64,000 nucleotides of DNA from Hyphochytrium catenoides (taxonomy: Eukaryota; Protista; Hyphochytriomycota): NCBI GenBank assembly GCA_900088475.1, contig FLMG01001949.1, forward strand, positions 3,800-67,799, read 5' to 3'. The position numbers and the translations under genes are program-made. This document shows, one piece after another, positions 26,777 through 39,970 of this stretch; position 1 is the first letter of the stretch, and every line of letters begins with the position of its first letter. A model generated the notes under the pieces. The model did no database searches, was not told the DNA's origin, and saw only the letters and a program-made list of their open reading frames with translations.

Positions 26777-29700
26777 ATGCCGGACCAGATCCCTGCTGAC
26801 TCGATTCAGGCAGACTCCGGATCTGAGGATATCACAGAGAGCATACGTGGACTTCTGAAGTCTAAAAGAGTGGATGTATTCGCTCTCCGACAGCTATGCA
26901 AAGACGGTGGCCATATCCAACAGTCGGTACGGGCTGAGGTTTGGCAGGCTCTACTTGGAGTTGGGCTTCAGGTAGACCGATCTCATCTGGAGCGCTCTAT
27001 CATGGCTGTGGAAGGAGATCTGGAGAATCAACGAGTGATTGTCGCGGATGCCGAGAGAACACGGGCGGATTATCAACAGTTTCGGAGTCCTGAGGTCAAA
27101 GAGCTCATCATCCGCCTGCTAACCTTCTACTGCAAGCGGCGTGGTGTCCGCTACAAGCAAGGGCTGAACGAGGTTCTCGCTCCCTTCATTCTTCTGAAAG
27201 AGCCTCCGCTCCCAGAAGGTGTGATTTTCAATATGTTCTACGCGCTCATCACCAAGTTCCTGCCAAATGTCTACTCGGATGACGAGTTCAAATCGCTGCA
27301 GTGCTCTTTCCATCTCTTCCGCCTTTTGATCCAATACCATAACCCGCTGCTCTGTCACCATCTGGACCAGTATAATATGTCCCCTGAGCTCTATGCCACA
27401 CCATGGTTTATCACTTTGTTCGCTAGAGGGCTTGATCCAGACTGTTTGTTCCAACTATGGGACTTCTATTTATTGGAGGGCAACCCTTACCTCCATCACT
27501 TCGCAGCGTTTGCTTTCCTGAATCAACGCCAGGAAGAGATCTTGCGAGCTGAGGTGGCAGACTTACCAGGAGTGCTGACAGGCATCGCCTTTCAGTCTGT
27601 AGAAGAGGTATTGAGGGTTTGCCAGGAAGCGAAAGCTCTTTTGACCAAGACACCCAAGTCCTTCTGTCAACATTTACACTCGGCCTGCTATTGCCCTGTA
27701 ACGCAGAGCACTGCTCCTCTCTTACAGAGCCTAGAATCCGAGGTCTGTCTGAGCATCTCTGCCTCTGAATTGGTGACTCATCTAGTGCTGAAACTTTCTG
27801 AAGAGAAATCAGATGGATGCCAGAAGTCAAGTGGTGCGGTGCCCCAGTATTTCGTACTGGACTGCAGAACACGAAGTGAGTTTGGACAATGTCACTTGGC
27901 AGTCTCTTTCCATCTTGATCCTGAGCTGCTAAGCGCACCCGAAAAGCTGGCTCCGGTGTTAGATAGCTTCAATGATATGAAGAATGCTCATTTTTGTCTG
28001 ATTGGACGCACCACTTGTAACAAGCCAGGCCAGGAGGGAGCATCTGACGATGCTATAAAGAGGAAAACGGCGACGGAGTTTATTCTTTCCAAGTTTGGCT
28101 TGTTGGCCCCAGACGCTAGCGCTCGCGTGCCCGAACGATCCTCTCTAGATTTTGACGAGGGGTACGGAGACTCTCAGATCGGAGTTGATGAAGATCAAGT
28201 GCTAGTTTGCATGGCCCTTATTCTGCTGCAAAAAGGCTATCCTTATGTTAGCAGACTTGAAGGTGGCTTCGATGCCGTCATAGAGGCACTTAGTGTGGCC
28301 GGTCAGGATGTCAAGGTAATTCGTACAACTAGAACCTCCTAGTTTAATTCCATTCTCCTTTCCCTATACTGTGGCCCTCGCAGGCTTCCTTCTCTGCACC
28401 AGGGAGCTAACCCTAGTTGCCCAAGGTTCCCCTACTTGTAGGTGCTCCCAATGATGAGCCGGAAAGGCGTCATTCTCCAACGCTGGAAGAACTTGAAAGA
28501 AGGTTTCCGCCCCTCTCGGTCCCTCAGACGAAGTTATCCAGCCTTGTCCGGTTGCCATCCCCTCCTATCCTTGATCCGACTCTCCTTTTGAGAAAAGGTC
28601 TAGCCACTGCCTCCAAGGCCATTAGAGGCCTGGGAGAGTCTCAAGGACACACTTCGCTGGATAAAATGCATCTTCAGGAGGTGGAGCTGCGAGAAGGACC
28701 CTTAGGTGTAATACTGGCGGATCGCACTGGAGACCACAAATTCTCTGCGGCCATGATAGATTCAATCATCCCGGATAGTGAAGCCCAGAGTTGTGGGAAG
28801 ATTCTTCAAGGAGATTGTATAATTGGCGTGGCCGGGCGAAGTACCGTCGCCCTGCCATTTCAAGACATTGTTCAGCTTATTCAAGAGACTCCACGTCCTG
28901 TAAAGCTCACGCTGGCACGAAGAGGTGATGTCGGATTAGCTACAAAGCGGAGAGATGCAGAGGACTTCCGGGTCCCACCTCCAGTCCTTTTGTCGGCCAT
29001 GGCAGATTGTCTCGGCGTTTCATGGAGAGGATTACCCTATGCTACGAAGTATGAGCTCCAGCTGGGAAAAATAGGCGTCTCAGCAATAGCTGACGATGAC
29101 TGGAAGACCATAGTCCTGTTGAGAGGCTCCCAAGGGCACCAAGCCCCTTCTAGCGGCACCATTAGCGGTCTGCCCTCAGGCAGTGTCGTCCTCTTCAGGG
29201 TAAGAGCTGGGAATGACATCCTTTGGGGTCCTTTTAGCTCTCCTAGTCACCCTATGAGAGTCATAGGTAAACTGGAAGGAGGTGCAGCCAGTGAGGCAGG
29301 AGGAGAAGCTGGTAGGATTGATGCCTCTCTGTTACAATTCTCTGAAGGATGTGAGGCCCTCGAGAAGCGGGAAACGGGACGATTTTTTTATCGTGTACTG
29401 GTACCTGTGGCTCTACGATCCGAGCCTAATTTCCACGCGCAACGCCTGGATGCTCAGGGTATGGCTCGAGGTCAGCTGATTGAGGCAGAGGAGCGCTTAA
29501 TTCAACCGGGCAGCAGCCAGGTCTTCGTTAGGCTCAAGAACTCGCAGGCGTGGCTGTTTGAGAATACGATGGAGGGTAGGCAAGTTTTAGAAAGAGTTCC
29601 AGATGATTCTTTAGAGCTTCTTCAAGCGATAGGAGAACATCAAAGCATGGATGCCCGAGATCCAGCTCTTCCTCAGCTCCCTCCGCCGAACGTATATAGT

Positions 29701-30720
29701 ACAGAGAATGGCAGTCTTTTCGTCTCATGGACGGGCGTAGACGATCCTGTGCTGGCAACCGTGATCACCGGGTATGACCTACAGTATGGAATAGCTACAA
29801 GCTTTCCTATGACAAGATGGAAGTTTACAGAAGGGAAACTTGATGGTGATGCTATCTCCTATCGCTTGTCTGATATAACTCTTGGCGCCTCCTATACGAC
29901 ACGTATAAGAACCCGGAGTAAGAAAGGTGTGGGACCTTGGAGCGAAGAAAGTGAGCCAGTCCAGGCGGTAGATCGAGTAGGCGGCACTTCACCCTCTCCA
30001 AAGAAAAGTGGGTTCAGGACAATGCATGACAGTTTATCAGGGGAAGGAGCCGCACATCACAAACATGACTTTGAAGTTCTATCTCTCTCCTCCCTTGGAC
30101 CTGTGAATGCTTTTGACGGGAAGTACGTATTAGACTTTGGTTCACCCAATCAACAGCTTCTCCGTTGCCGTATTATGGTTACCAGTTCGGAGCTCCTGTT
30201 TGCGGTAAAATCTAAGGGTTCTCTGAATTCTGATAGCCTACACGTCATCAAGCGCTGTGATCTCACCAAACTTACAAAGATCACGTCACGAAAGACCCTC
30301 GAGGACCTACTTGTTCTATACTTCAAGGTAGCGAGTTGTCACCGCTTTCTTCTTTGAAAAGTTAAGCCTCTTCTTCTCTATTGTCAGCTTTGTCCACGTC
30401 ATCTGTTAAGACAATGGACACTTTACACTTCGTTCATCGTGTTCTTACTCTATGCTTGAAAAAAAAAATTTAGTAGGTATCTCTTTCTTTCTTTCTTTCT
30501 TCACGTTATCTCTTTCTTTGACGGAGTACTTTGGGTGGTCTATTCCTGTCTGTCCAGCTTTATGTTGCCTTCAGTCTTTGATAGCATAGCCTAAACTTGA
30601 GCTTTTGGACAGGCGGACGGACAGCAAGAGCAGGTAGCGCTTTGTGTTCCCGACCTTAAGGACTGCGTCAACACAATCAAAATCACCTATAAAAGCCTCA
30701 TTTCCAAGCAGGGCAGCTGA
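26777..30720 (+). CDS. TBC1D23: TBC1D23 homolog: TBC + rhodanese-like + inserted PDZ/FN3/SH3-like/FN3 + C-terminal PH-like domain
   Basis: TBC motifs IVADAERTR, YKQGLNEVLAPF, YATPWFITLF. Rhodanese-like VLDCRTRSEF..HL..SFHLDPELL and GYPYVSRLEGGF. C-terminal LTKITSRK...LLVLYFK resembles the TBC1D23 PH-like domain. Introns 28316-28416 and about 30328-30612; stop TGA at 30718-30720. Confidence 0.85.
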
Positions 30721-31049
30721 CCTAGCGGTTAGTCGTTCTTTTACCTCTGGGATTGTCGCGGTAGTCCCAGTATGCTATGACCTCTGGACGACCCTTCTAT
30801 GGGTCCAAATTCACGTGAAAACGCGTGGAAAACCTCCTCACTGCTATAGCGGTTGTCCAGAAACTTCTCTCCTCGAAGGGCGTCACGGCAGGGAACGCGT
30901 TGAGAGTCCCGATGAACTTTCTATTATCGAGTGGCAACTTGGATAAGCGTGCAACCATGAAGGGACCAAAGTGGTGCCGGGAAAGAACCTTGCTCAAGCA
31001 AAGCGACAACGAAGGATAACATTCCTGCGACGTGGTGCGCTCAAACCAA

Positions 31050-31680
31050 AGAAATAGTTTACTTACAGTTATTGCGCTTGCTGCTTACGAAGAAGTGTTC
31101 CTAGGCAGGAGAGACGGCTTCGTCTTCTTCGAGGTTCTATGAGTCTTTGACATTTTTGTATAGAGTATTGAAGGCTGAAGGCGAACATGTCTTCCAGTTT
31201 TACGGTTCAGTTGATGAAGGTCTGGGGGCCTTTAATGAACTTGCCGTCGTCCTCAAGGTCATGATAGAGCACCTTTTCGAACCCTGTGCCATTGTATAGT
31301 TCAAGCAGTTCTCGCAATGGCTGAACGTTGGCGGCAATACTGACATGACTATCAACACCTTGTCGGGAGTGGGGGTGTTGTCGTCATTCTTCTTTTCTTA
31401 GACCGTCATAACCAAAGGTAACCCGTGGTGCATTCTTTACCCGATCGTCGTCAATGTCAAGGTCCATAAGGATGGTTGCTAAGTTCTTGCGGTGACATTT
31501 TCGTTTAGCAAGAGACGTCTGAGACCGTTTGCCGATGTAAAGACGACAGCATCCTGTGCCCGCCGCCAACCTCATCGACACACAGAAGCAGAAGTACCAG
31601 CCGCCTCTCAAGCTTCCAGCTGCCGCAATGCTGGCATGACGTCGGTCCCGTAGCTAGCTGACCATGACATGTTACCTCCT
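31050..31680 (-). pseudogene. Possible decayed coding fragment (stops and frameshifts) with a Walker-B-like LLLCVDEV
   Basis: Protein-like segments in different frames (KLERRLVLLLLCVDEVGG; LATILMDLDIDDDRV; QPLRELLELYNGTGFEKVLYHDLEDDGKFIKGPQTF) broken by stops, with no clear splice sites. Confidence 0.3.
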
Positions 31681-32305
31681 GTACGAGCTGTCAGCAGCCT
31701 CGGTCAGCAGAGCCTTGAAAGACTCAGATAGGACATTTGATGGGCCTTCTGGCTTTCTTCTAGGAGGAACACGATGCAAGGAAAATGCGTAAATGTCAGT
31801 CATCAAAGGTTAAGAATGCTCCAAATCTCCTGGGGGTACTCTGGCTTTCCTCGATTTAGGTATAGGTCTGAGGTTTATTTAGCATAGACGGTACTCAGAC
31901 GCGTCATATTTAGTATACTGAAGGTGAGCTCTCTTTGGGTCGCCGTTACTGCTCCTGTGTCTGTTCGAGATGATGGCCGTCGCTGGGCGTGGCGCTGGAC
32001 TCAGCCCGATGCAGGCACCGAACATTGTGTGCGCCACCTCACGGATCTGGGGAGGAGCTCTGGCAACGCAGAAGACTGGGAGCCAGGGAGATACTAAGGC
32101 CAGCTATGCTTGGGAATGTAGAGGAGACTGCATTCATTAGCTAGCCGTCTTTCGCGAGCCTCACGTAGATAGGGTACGCCAGATCTCCACTCACTTATGG
32201 AGAAGCATTCAGCCCCGTTCTGACTGGCCGAGGTTTGCTCAGGGTAGATCAACCGTGGCAACTAATAGTGCAGCTTCCATTTGCTACCTCTAGATTTTGG
32301 CAAGA

Positions 32306-35300
32306 ATGTCAGCTCTATTCTTGGACTATCCCCTCCAGGATAGGGGCAATACGGACACTACATGCTTTGCATGGAATAAGACCGAGGATATTTTGGCTGT
32401 CGGGTTCAAGGACAGCGTGATTCGGCTATTCAAGGACGAGGTAAACAAAATCCTGTGTTGGAAACCCGCATCAATCACATAACAGTCGATAAGCTAATTC
32501 GGCTTCATTCTTCCTTGATTGGCAGGGAAAGCGGGTACCTAACGTGGAGTTTGTACGGAGCTCGGTACCATGTACTCTCGATTGGCAGCCTAGGGGTCGG
32601 CTACTGCTAGTGGGCTGGGAAGATGGTGAGATGTGCTGAGGTGCCAGGGGTGCTTCAAATCCGTGCCGACCTCTTTGTCTTTGTAGGTGCCGTCTCCATT
32701 TGCAACCCTTCGGAAAAGATCATGCGGGAAGGTCCGCGTGTCCATACAACGCGCTTGACAGTTAGCCAGTGGGCACCAGGGGGAAATCGCTTTGTTACTG
32801 CGGATGAGGTCTGAAGTTGTGGTCAACTCTATTCCCCTTAGCATTTCTTCCTTCCCTTTTGCTGTCTTTCTCTGGTTTGACTTCTCTGTCTGCTTTACCT
32901 CTACTTCGCCGTCTATTTGTGGTCCCTTCCAGTCATTCTAGGCCTTTTCTATTTCACGCAGACCACTGAAGGTAGTAAATGCATGTTGACAGAATGGCGT
33001 CGTGGGTGTGTGGAAGACGGACAACATGGGAAACCTGTCTGTGTGCTGCCAATATAAACGCCAAGGAGCTATCTCGCATTGCGTGTTCGTCATGAATCGC
33101 CAGCAAAGGGAGCGACTCTCGCTGTAAGTTTATGCATCATCTTACTATTTCTTCCTAGCAATACGGGCGCATGTAGCTCATGTTGCGACAATTCCCGAAC
33201 TTTCTCGTGCTTTAGGGGCGGCGCTGCTCCTAATATGTGCCCTAACTTTATATTCGGTGGAGAAATGGGAACAGTACACTACGCAGATGAGCTAGGACAT
33301 ATCTCGGATGTCCATTTCCTTGGCTCTCCCATTGACAGTCTCCTCTTCTACGAAGAGAAGGGAAGGTGAGCTAACTTAGCTCACCTATCTTGCTAATTGC
33401 GAGCATCCACTCATCGTGTCAATTCCTTCAAGGCTTATCATTATCACCCGGTCCTTTTTGATGGTCCAACTGGCAGTGGCCAATGATGGCAAAGTCTCTC
33501 CTGTTCAGAAGGTGAAGCTGAGCGTCGCCGTTGACGCTTCTATCCAGCAAGTTGTCTGGGCGGGACCGGGGCTCCTCTGCACAAACTCTGCCGAGCAGAT
33601 GATACGCTTCTGGGACGTCTCTAAGGAGGAAAACTATATTTTACCACTTAGCAGTTCCTCAGATCCAGTGTCCAGGATGGATAAAGTTTCTTCTATTGAC
33701 TTTAACCCCAAGAAGCGCATTCTAGCTGCCGGAACAAGAGACGGACGAGTAAGCAGTAACCTTGTTCCTTTCTCGTTCTTGTATAACAATCGTACAGCCC
33801 GAAGGATACTAACGCAGTTTGACACTAGGTTCTTCTGTGGAAGTATGTAGGCGATGACCTGGACTCTGAACGCTCACGCGGTCCAGAGGACTGGGAACCG
33901 CTACCCAGTCTCAACATGAAAGAACGCGTTATCAAGACGAAATGGGGTTATAGAGACGGCCATCTAGCAGTAGAAACGCCTTCGAGAATGAGCATTCTTG
34001 CCCAGAACGTGCTTTTGAGAAAGATGGAAGCAGATATTACGGCGGTTCAAGTAGACTCCCAGTCGGTGTCTATCGCTCGGTTCGACCCTAACAAGCCTCA
34101 CGATTGTGTGGAAGTCTTAATCCAGTCTGACCTCCGCATCAAGGGCTTAGCCTGTGATAGTAATAGGTTCATCGTGTGGAGTGGACACGCGGTAGAGGTC
34201 TATGAACTGGAGCAAGACCGCTGTCGCCACGTGGGATCATTTGAAAGCGAGAGCACTGTCCTCGCAGTGCGCAACGACACTATCTATCGGGCTGCGGGAT
34301 ATAAGATTGAAGCTTGCAACTCTAAGGGCACTGTGAAGGAGTCTATCACCCTCAGCGAGACAGATGGACTGCCAGTCCTGATGGAGATATGTGGCCGTTA
34401 TATGGCCATCGTGACGTCAAACTCCTTTGTGAAACTCATGGATCTAGGGAAGAGAGAGATGAAGCTAGTTGGCACAGGAAGGAGGTTCGAGGTAAGTTGT
34501 GGAAGGCGCTTTCAAACGAGAAAAGATTGCGTAAGAGGATGTTGGTACAAGAGAAAAGATGAAGAGAGAAGTAGGGGAGTATCAACGGGGGTAGCTTGTT
34601 CGCAAGCGGCCAAGAGAGAGACCAGACATCTCTCCCGAAGTGGCCCTTTCTCGAAGAAAGTCATAGGGTGAAAGCATGACCACATAAGAGTGAAGGGACT
34701 TGATGGGCAAGAAGCATGGGGAATAAGTTAGTTAATCCACCTCCATTTGCCATTCTGCTAAAACATTCTTGCAGATTTCAGCACCTGGGAGTCGGAATGG
34801 GCAACCTGGAGAGATGGTTCCAATTGGCGTGATCCGCTCTGTCCGTGTCAACTGCACAGGGAACCGAATAAGCATCCTATCGGACAGAGTAGATAGTTCT
34901 ATCGGCATGCAACAGCCGGACTCTAAACTCTACATCTACAATGTTGATGCTGACACGTTTTCTTGGTATGACTTTGGGCCTGATTCGTACCCAATCTCAC
35001 ATTGCTGGGACACGGAAGATAACAAGCTTATCGCGGTAGAAACCGCAAAGGTAAGACACAGATTACACGCCAAAGCAACGACAGACCGAACTTTAACCCG
35101 GTACCCTGACAACCTTTCGCGGGCTCCTCTGCTACATTCTCTTTTTTCTATTAGCGGAAGACCAGCAAGAAGATCTCTCCACTGGATTTGGAGTCTCCTC
35201 CAAAGAAGCAAGCGCCGAACAGCCGAAGGACTAGTATAGGGGAGATTGACTTCCCCACAGGTGAGTGACCTTACAATGGGTCTCCTAAACACTCTGTCTT

Positions 35301-38300
35301 TCACTCCAGTGCTCGTCTCTTTTGTACCTCTCTTACCAATCGCTCGATGATCGTCTCATGTCATCCAATTACGGAGTCGTACTTAGTGCTAATTCTTCCT
35401 GTTCATTACTTTCAGGTGCCGGTGCATCTTCACCGCGGGACCTCAAGTCTCCTACGGAAGTGACTACGCTCTTTGTTACTCCGGACAACCAGGTTGTCAT
35501 GCAGGACTCCTTTGAAGAGGGTGACAGCACTGATTGCTTGCTAGGTACTGTAACATCACTATAAGTTCGCCCAAGAAAGGAGTCAAGGCTCAAGTCTTAG
35601 GGTATTCTACTTTTGTCCCGCAACTCACTCTCTATCCATCCCTGGCTTGCTCTTATTCTCCCAGGCATCAGAATCCCGTACATATGCTTTGTAGCCAAGC
35701 AGAGAAATTCTGACGACAGGAAGAATACGGCTCCCTTGCTGAAGCTTCGAGTGATGAGAGACTTTGTCGGGATGAAAGACATTGATGAAAAGATGAAGCT
35801 GGCCTTGATGGACTTCAGCTATTATCTCACAATAGGAAACATGGACGAGGCATATCGCAGTGTACGCCTTATTCAGAGCGCTTCCGTGTGGGAGAATATG
35901 GCGCATATGTGTGTGAAGACCAAAAGGCTAGATGTAGCCCTAGTCTGTCTGGCTAACATGGGCCATGCAAGAGGCGCAGCAGCTGTGAGAGAGGCGATGA
36001 AAGAGCCAGAAGCTGAAGGTGAGGTTACGGTGTTCCATGCCTTGGACTACTTCAGGATAAGCTCACCTTCTGCAAGATCATGCGTTTAGTTCTCTTGACT
36101 CCAGTCAATAATTCTTGATCGCCCCGTTTATTTTACCACTCCTCCTTGTCAATATCTTTCCTTGCCTTCTTTGGGATCCTATTCTTCATAAGAGGACCAC
36201 TGCTCTATTTGATCCGGCTCAATAACCATCGACTCCTCTTATTTTCCCTATTCCGCACGACCACCAGTTCCTATAGCAATGGTAGCGATCCAGTTGGGGC
36301 TGGTAGAAGAGGCTGCTAAGCTGTATAAGGATTGCGGTCGGCATGACCTGCTGAACCGCTTATACCAGGCCTCTGGGCGCTGGGAGAAGGCGATGAATGT
36401 GGCGGCAGAGAAGGATAGAGTGCACCTCAAGAACACGCACTTTAGAGTAGGAACCTGCCCTCATCTTGACGTATTGTGTTCAATCCTTTAATCTTCTACG
36501 ATCCGCTTACTTCTTTCTCAATTGCTCCGTTGAGCACAGACCGTTTCTTGTTCAGTACTTCTTCAGCTAGCTATACATCGTCTGTTCGTCTCGAATTCTT
36601 TGCGCCTGTGGAGATCCCCTTTACCCGGTCTGAAGCTTGACGCATCTCTTCTACCGCCATCTCTAATGATCCCATTACGTTACTTCGTATACATCAGTAT
36701 GCCAGGCATCTTGAATCTCTGTCGGAGGTCATAGCCGCTACGAAGCACTACGAGAAGTCAGAGACACACGTAAAGCAAGTCACTCGCATGCTCAACCAAA
36801 AGGGAAGAATCGGAGATCTTGAGAGCTATATCTCACAATGCAGAGATCCTGGGCTTATTCGGTGGTGGGGGCAGTACCTGGAAAGTAAGGGCAAAATGGA
36901 TAAAGCAACAAAAGGTGAGTGAAGCGAAAAGATAAGGACTGGTCTATCCTCCTTTTCCTTGATCTGCACGTTAGAGGGGGAGCTTTCACTCAGAGCTGCG
37001 ATGTAACTCTCTTTCCTCTCAGCGGCCTTAACGTGATGCACCTTGTTGATGCATCCATGGAACAGATTATCGCCTGTACTTTTCTGAAGCCATTCGATTA
37101 CGTTGTGGGCTGTCTCTTATCTACTCCTGTCTCTCGTTGTCACAGCATATAAGGACGCTCAGGACTATCTCTCTATCTTGCGCATGCAATGCGCCCAAAA
37201 GGATTTCGAGGGTGCCATGGAGACTGTTAGGGCTAACCCAAGCCCCGCCTCTGCCTTCCATTTGGCCAAGCAGCTAGAACTGAATGAGCACATCTCAGAC
37301 GCCATTCACTATTATACTATGGCTGGCAGGTATAGATCAACGCCTCTGCTACTTTCTAATTATCGTATATCAGGCCTCATAGCCACTTAGGGCCTTCAAG
37401 CTGATGGCCTGTCCTATAGTGCATCTAGCTTCTTCATCTCAACACTTCGTTCCGGGTACACTGCAGGTATAATCATGCCTTCAGATTAGCCAAGCAGAAC
37501 AATATGGATGGAGAGTTGATGTCGTTCGCGTTGATGAGCACGCCAGCCCTCATGCTAGAAGCTGCAGAGTATTTTGAAGAAAAGGAAGATCTCAAGAAAG
37601 CCGTGCAACTCTTTCATAAGGGAGGGAACATCCCGAAAGCCCTGGAGCTATGCTTCAAAGGTCAGAGGCTCTTATGACGCCCACTTCTATCCGGTTACCA
37701 CGCCTTCCTGGGTCAGGCTGTCCGCCTGGCACTGTATTCTATTATTGTCCCTGCTTACCCATTATTTGCAGCTCCTTGGTCACTCTCTGCGACCTATTGT
37801 TCACCCTTCCTCAAGGAGTTCTTCGACTTTACTGCGGAATTCGAGGGTCTTCACCGACCTCATAGCTCTAGGATCGTTTTCAAGGTCATAACCCACCTCT
37901 GCGATAGGCCGCATGTTTGACCTTGCGCAGGTTGTCTCCGAGGATCTTAAGGAGGGCGCAGACGCCAATCTCTTAGCTCGCTGTGGCGAGTTCTTTATGG
38001 ATCATGGCCAGTACGATCGCGCTCTACAACTCTTCCTCATTGCCAAGCGTTACAACGATGCTCTGGAGTTGGCCATGGCACATAAAATCAAGATTGATGA
38101 AAAGACAGCGGAGAAGTTTGTCCCCGAGGGGGGTCCGGGAGAAGAGACGTATACACAGAAAGTACGGCAGGGGGTGCTAATGAAGCTCGCAAAGCTCTGC
38201 AAGAGTCAAGGAAACTTCCATTTGGCAGCCAAGAAGTACACGCAGGCGGGAGCCAAGCTGAAGGCCATGAAGTGCCTGCTGAAGTCTGGGGACACAGAAA

Positions 38301-39228
38301 AGGTTAGTCTATCTTGCGTTGAATACCGAAAGTGCTCCTTCTGTGCAACCGATCAGATTCTTCTCATTTCTGGCCAGACATCGAGGCGGTTATGCTCTGT
38401 GCGTTGTTGAACCAATCTATGCAAGACCCTGACTTCGCTGCTCTTCTCACCCATCTCGCAAGTATATGAATGTTTCGAATAACTCCACACTTCTCTTGCC
38501 CATGACAGATTATCTTCTTCGCCAACGTCTCTAGGACACGGGAAATCTACATCCTCGCAGCAAATTATCTGCAGAACCTTGACTGGCCTAATGATCCAAA
38601 GATTATGCAAAATATCATCAGCTTCTATACCAAGGCCAAGGCTTACGAGCAGCTCTCAGGATTTTATGACGCCTGTGCCCTCGTAGAAATGGACGAGTTC
38701 CATAACTATGAAAAAGCGCTTAGCGCTCTCAAGGAGGCAGCCAAACACCTTCATAAGGTGGAGAAGGAGAAGAAGGATGATCTCCTTGCAGCTATGAATC
38801 AGCGGATTGAGACCATCCAGCAGTTTATCAAAGCGAAGGACCTCATCAAGGATAAAGATAAACCCACTGAGGAAGCACTGCTCAAGTTGCTCGAGGAGCC
38901 GAAGATAGAAACAGCCATCCGACCTGGAGACGCTTATGCTCTGCTTGTGAACTTCTACTACCGGAAAGGAGACTATAAAGGTGCCCATCGGATGGTTGAG
39001 GAGATGCAGCAGAAACGTATCATCTTAAATCCGTATCTGGACCACGCGGTACTGAGTGATATCTACAAAAAGCTAGGTATCCCAGTGGACGACATCAGCC
39101 CTCGTAGGGGCAGGATTAGCTCCCAGCCAACTCAAGCTGAGCAAAAGAACCAAGAGGACGGGAAGGATGCCGAGAGTGATGAGGGAGGCTTTGTGGAAGA
39201 GGCGGTGGAGGATGAGGTAGTCGAGTAG
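32306..39228 (+). CDS. IFT140: Intraflagellar transport protein 140 (IFT-A core; WD40 + TPR)
   Basis: N-terminal WD40 exons, then MRDFVG...FSYYLTIGNMDEAYRSV...VWENMAHMCVKTKRLDVALVCLANMGHARGA, GNFHLAAKKYTQAG.KLKAMKCLLKSGDTEK, IIFFANVSR..EIYILAANYLQNLDW. The introns I traced are GT-AG and in phase. Confidence 0.96.
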
Positions 39229-39970
39229 GGAAAGAACTGTATACCTAATATTAATGTGATGAGAGTCCCTCTAGTACTGCTCCCAAGCTAGCTCGCCGCC
39301 ATGGACAAAGCTGACATTGACCTGCGCGGCCCTACCTCTCCTTGCTCACCTCGCCTCTCTAGATGTGCACGGACCAGGAGATCCTGCTCAGCACTCTGGC
39401 ATTCGCAACGGTACTTCCTGTACATCATGCAACTAATGCTCCTTATCACTTCACGGCCCCAATCACTGCGTCCTCGAGGCCATTGCGTGCAGGTGGAGAG
39501 CAGTGAGACAACCGCGAGGTGAAGGTTTGGCCGCACCGCCCGCCCTTCAGAGCTCCAAGGCATCTTCTTGCCTTGTCAGTGATGGAAACATTTCCGCTTC
39601 CTAAGCCAGGATGAAACTTACCTGGCGCTGTATTCCGGAGAATGGATCAATCAGCTTATGTTTATTACATATTAGGATCAGGGGAGATGTTCATATTCCC
39701 GATACAAGAGAAATAGCGAAATAGCAGAGGAATCCAACCTGTCTGGCTTGAAAGAAACAATTATAGTTTCATCAGAATGCTCTGAAAAAGAGTGGTGGCA
39801 GTCTCGCTTGCGGAGCTCGCTCCAATGGCATAACGGACACACGGAGGCATGACGATGATTGCAGAAGACGCTCGCCTGGCGTCCTTGCAGCCTAGATCTG
39901 TCTACAGATAACATAGCCTGATACACCTCTTTGAAGCCAGAGAGTGCTAGTGAACTGGTCTAGTCTAAGG

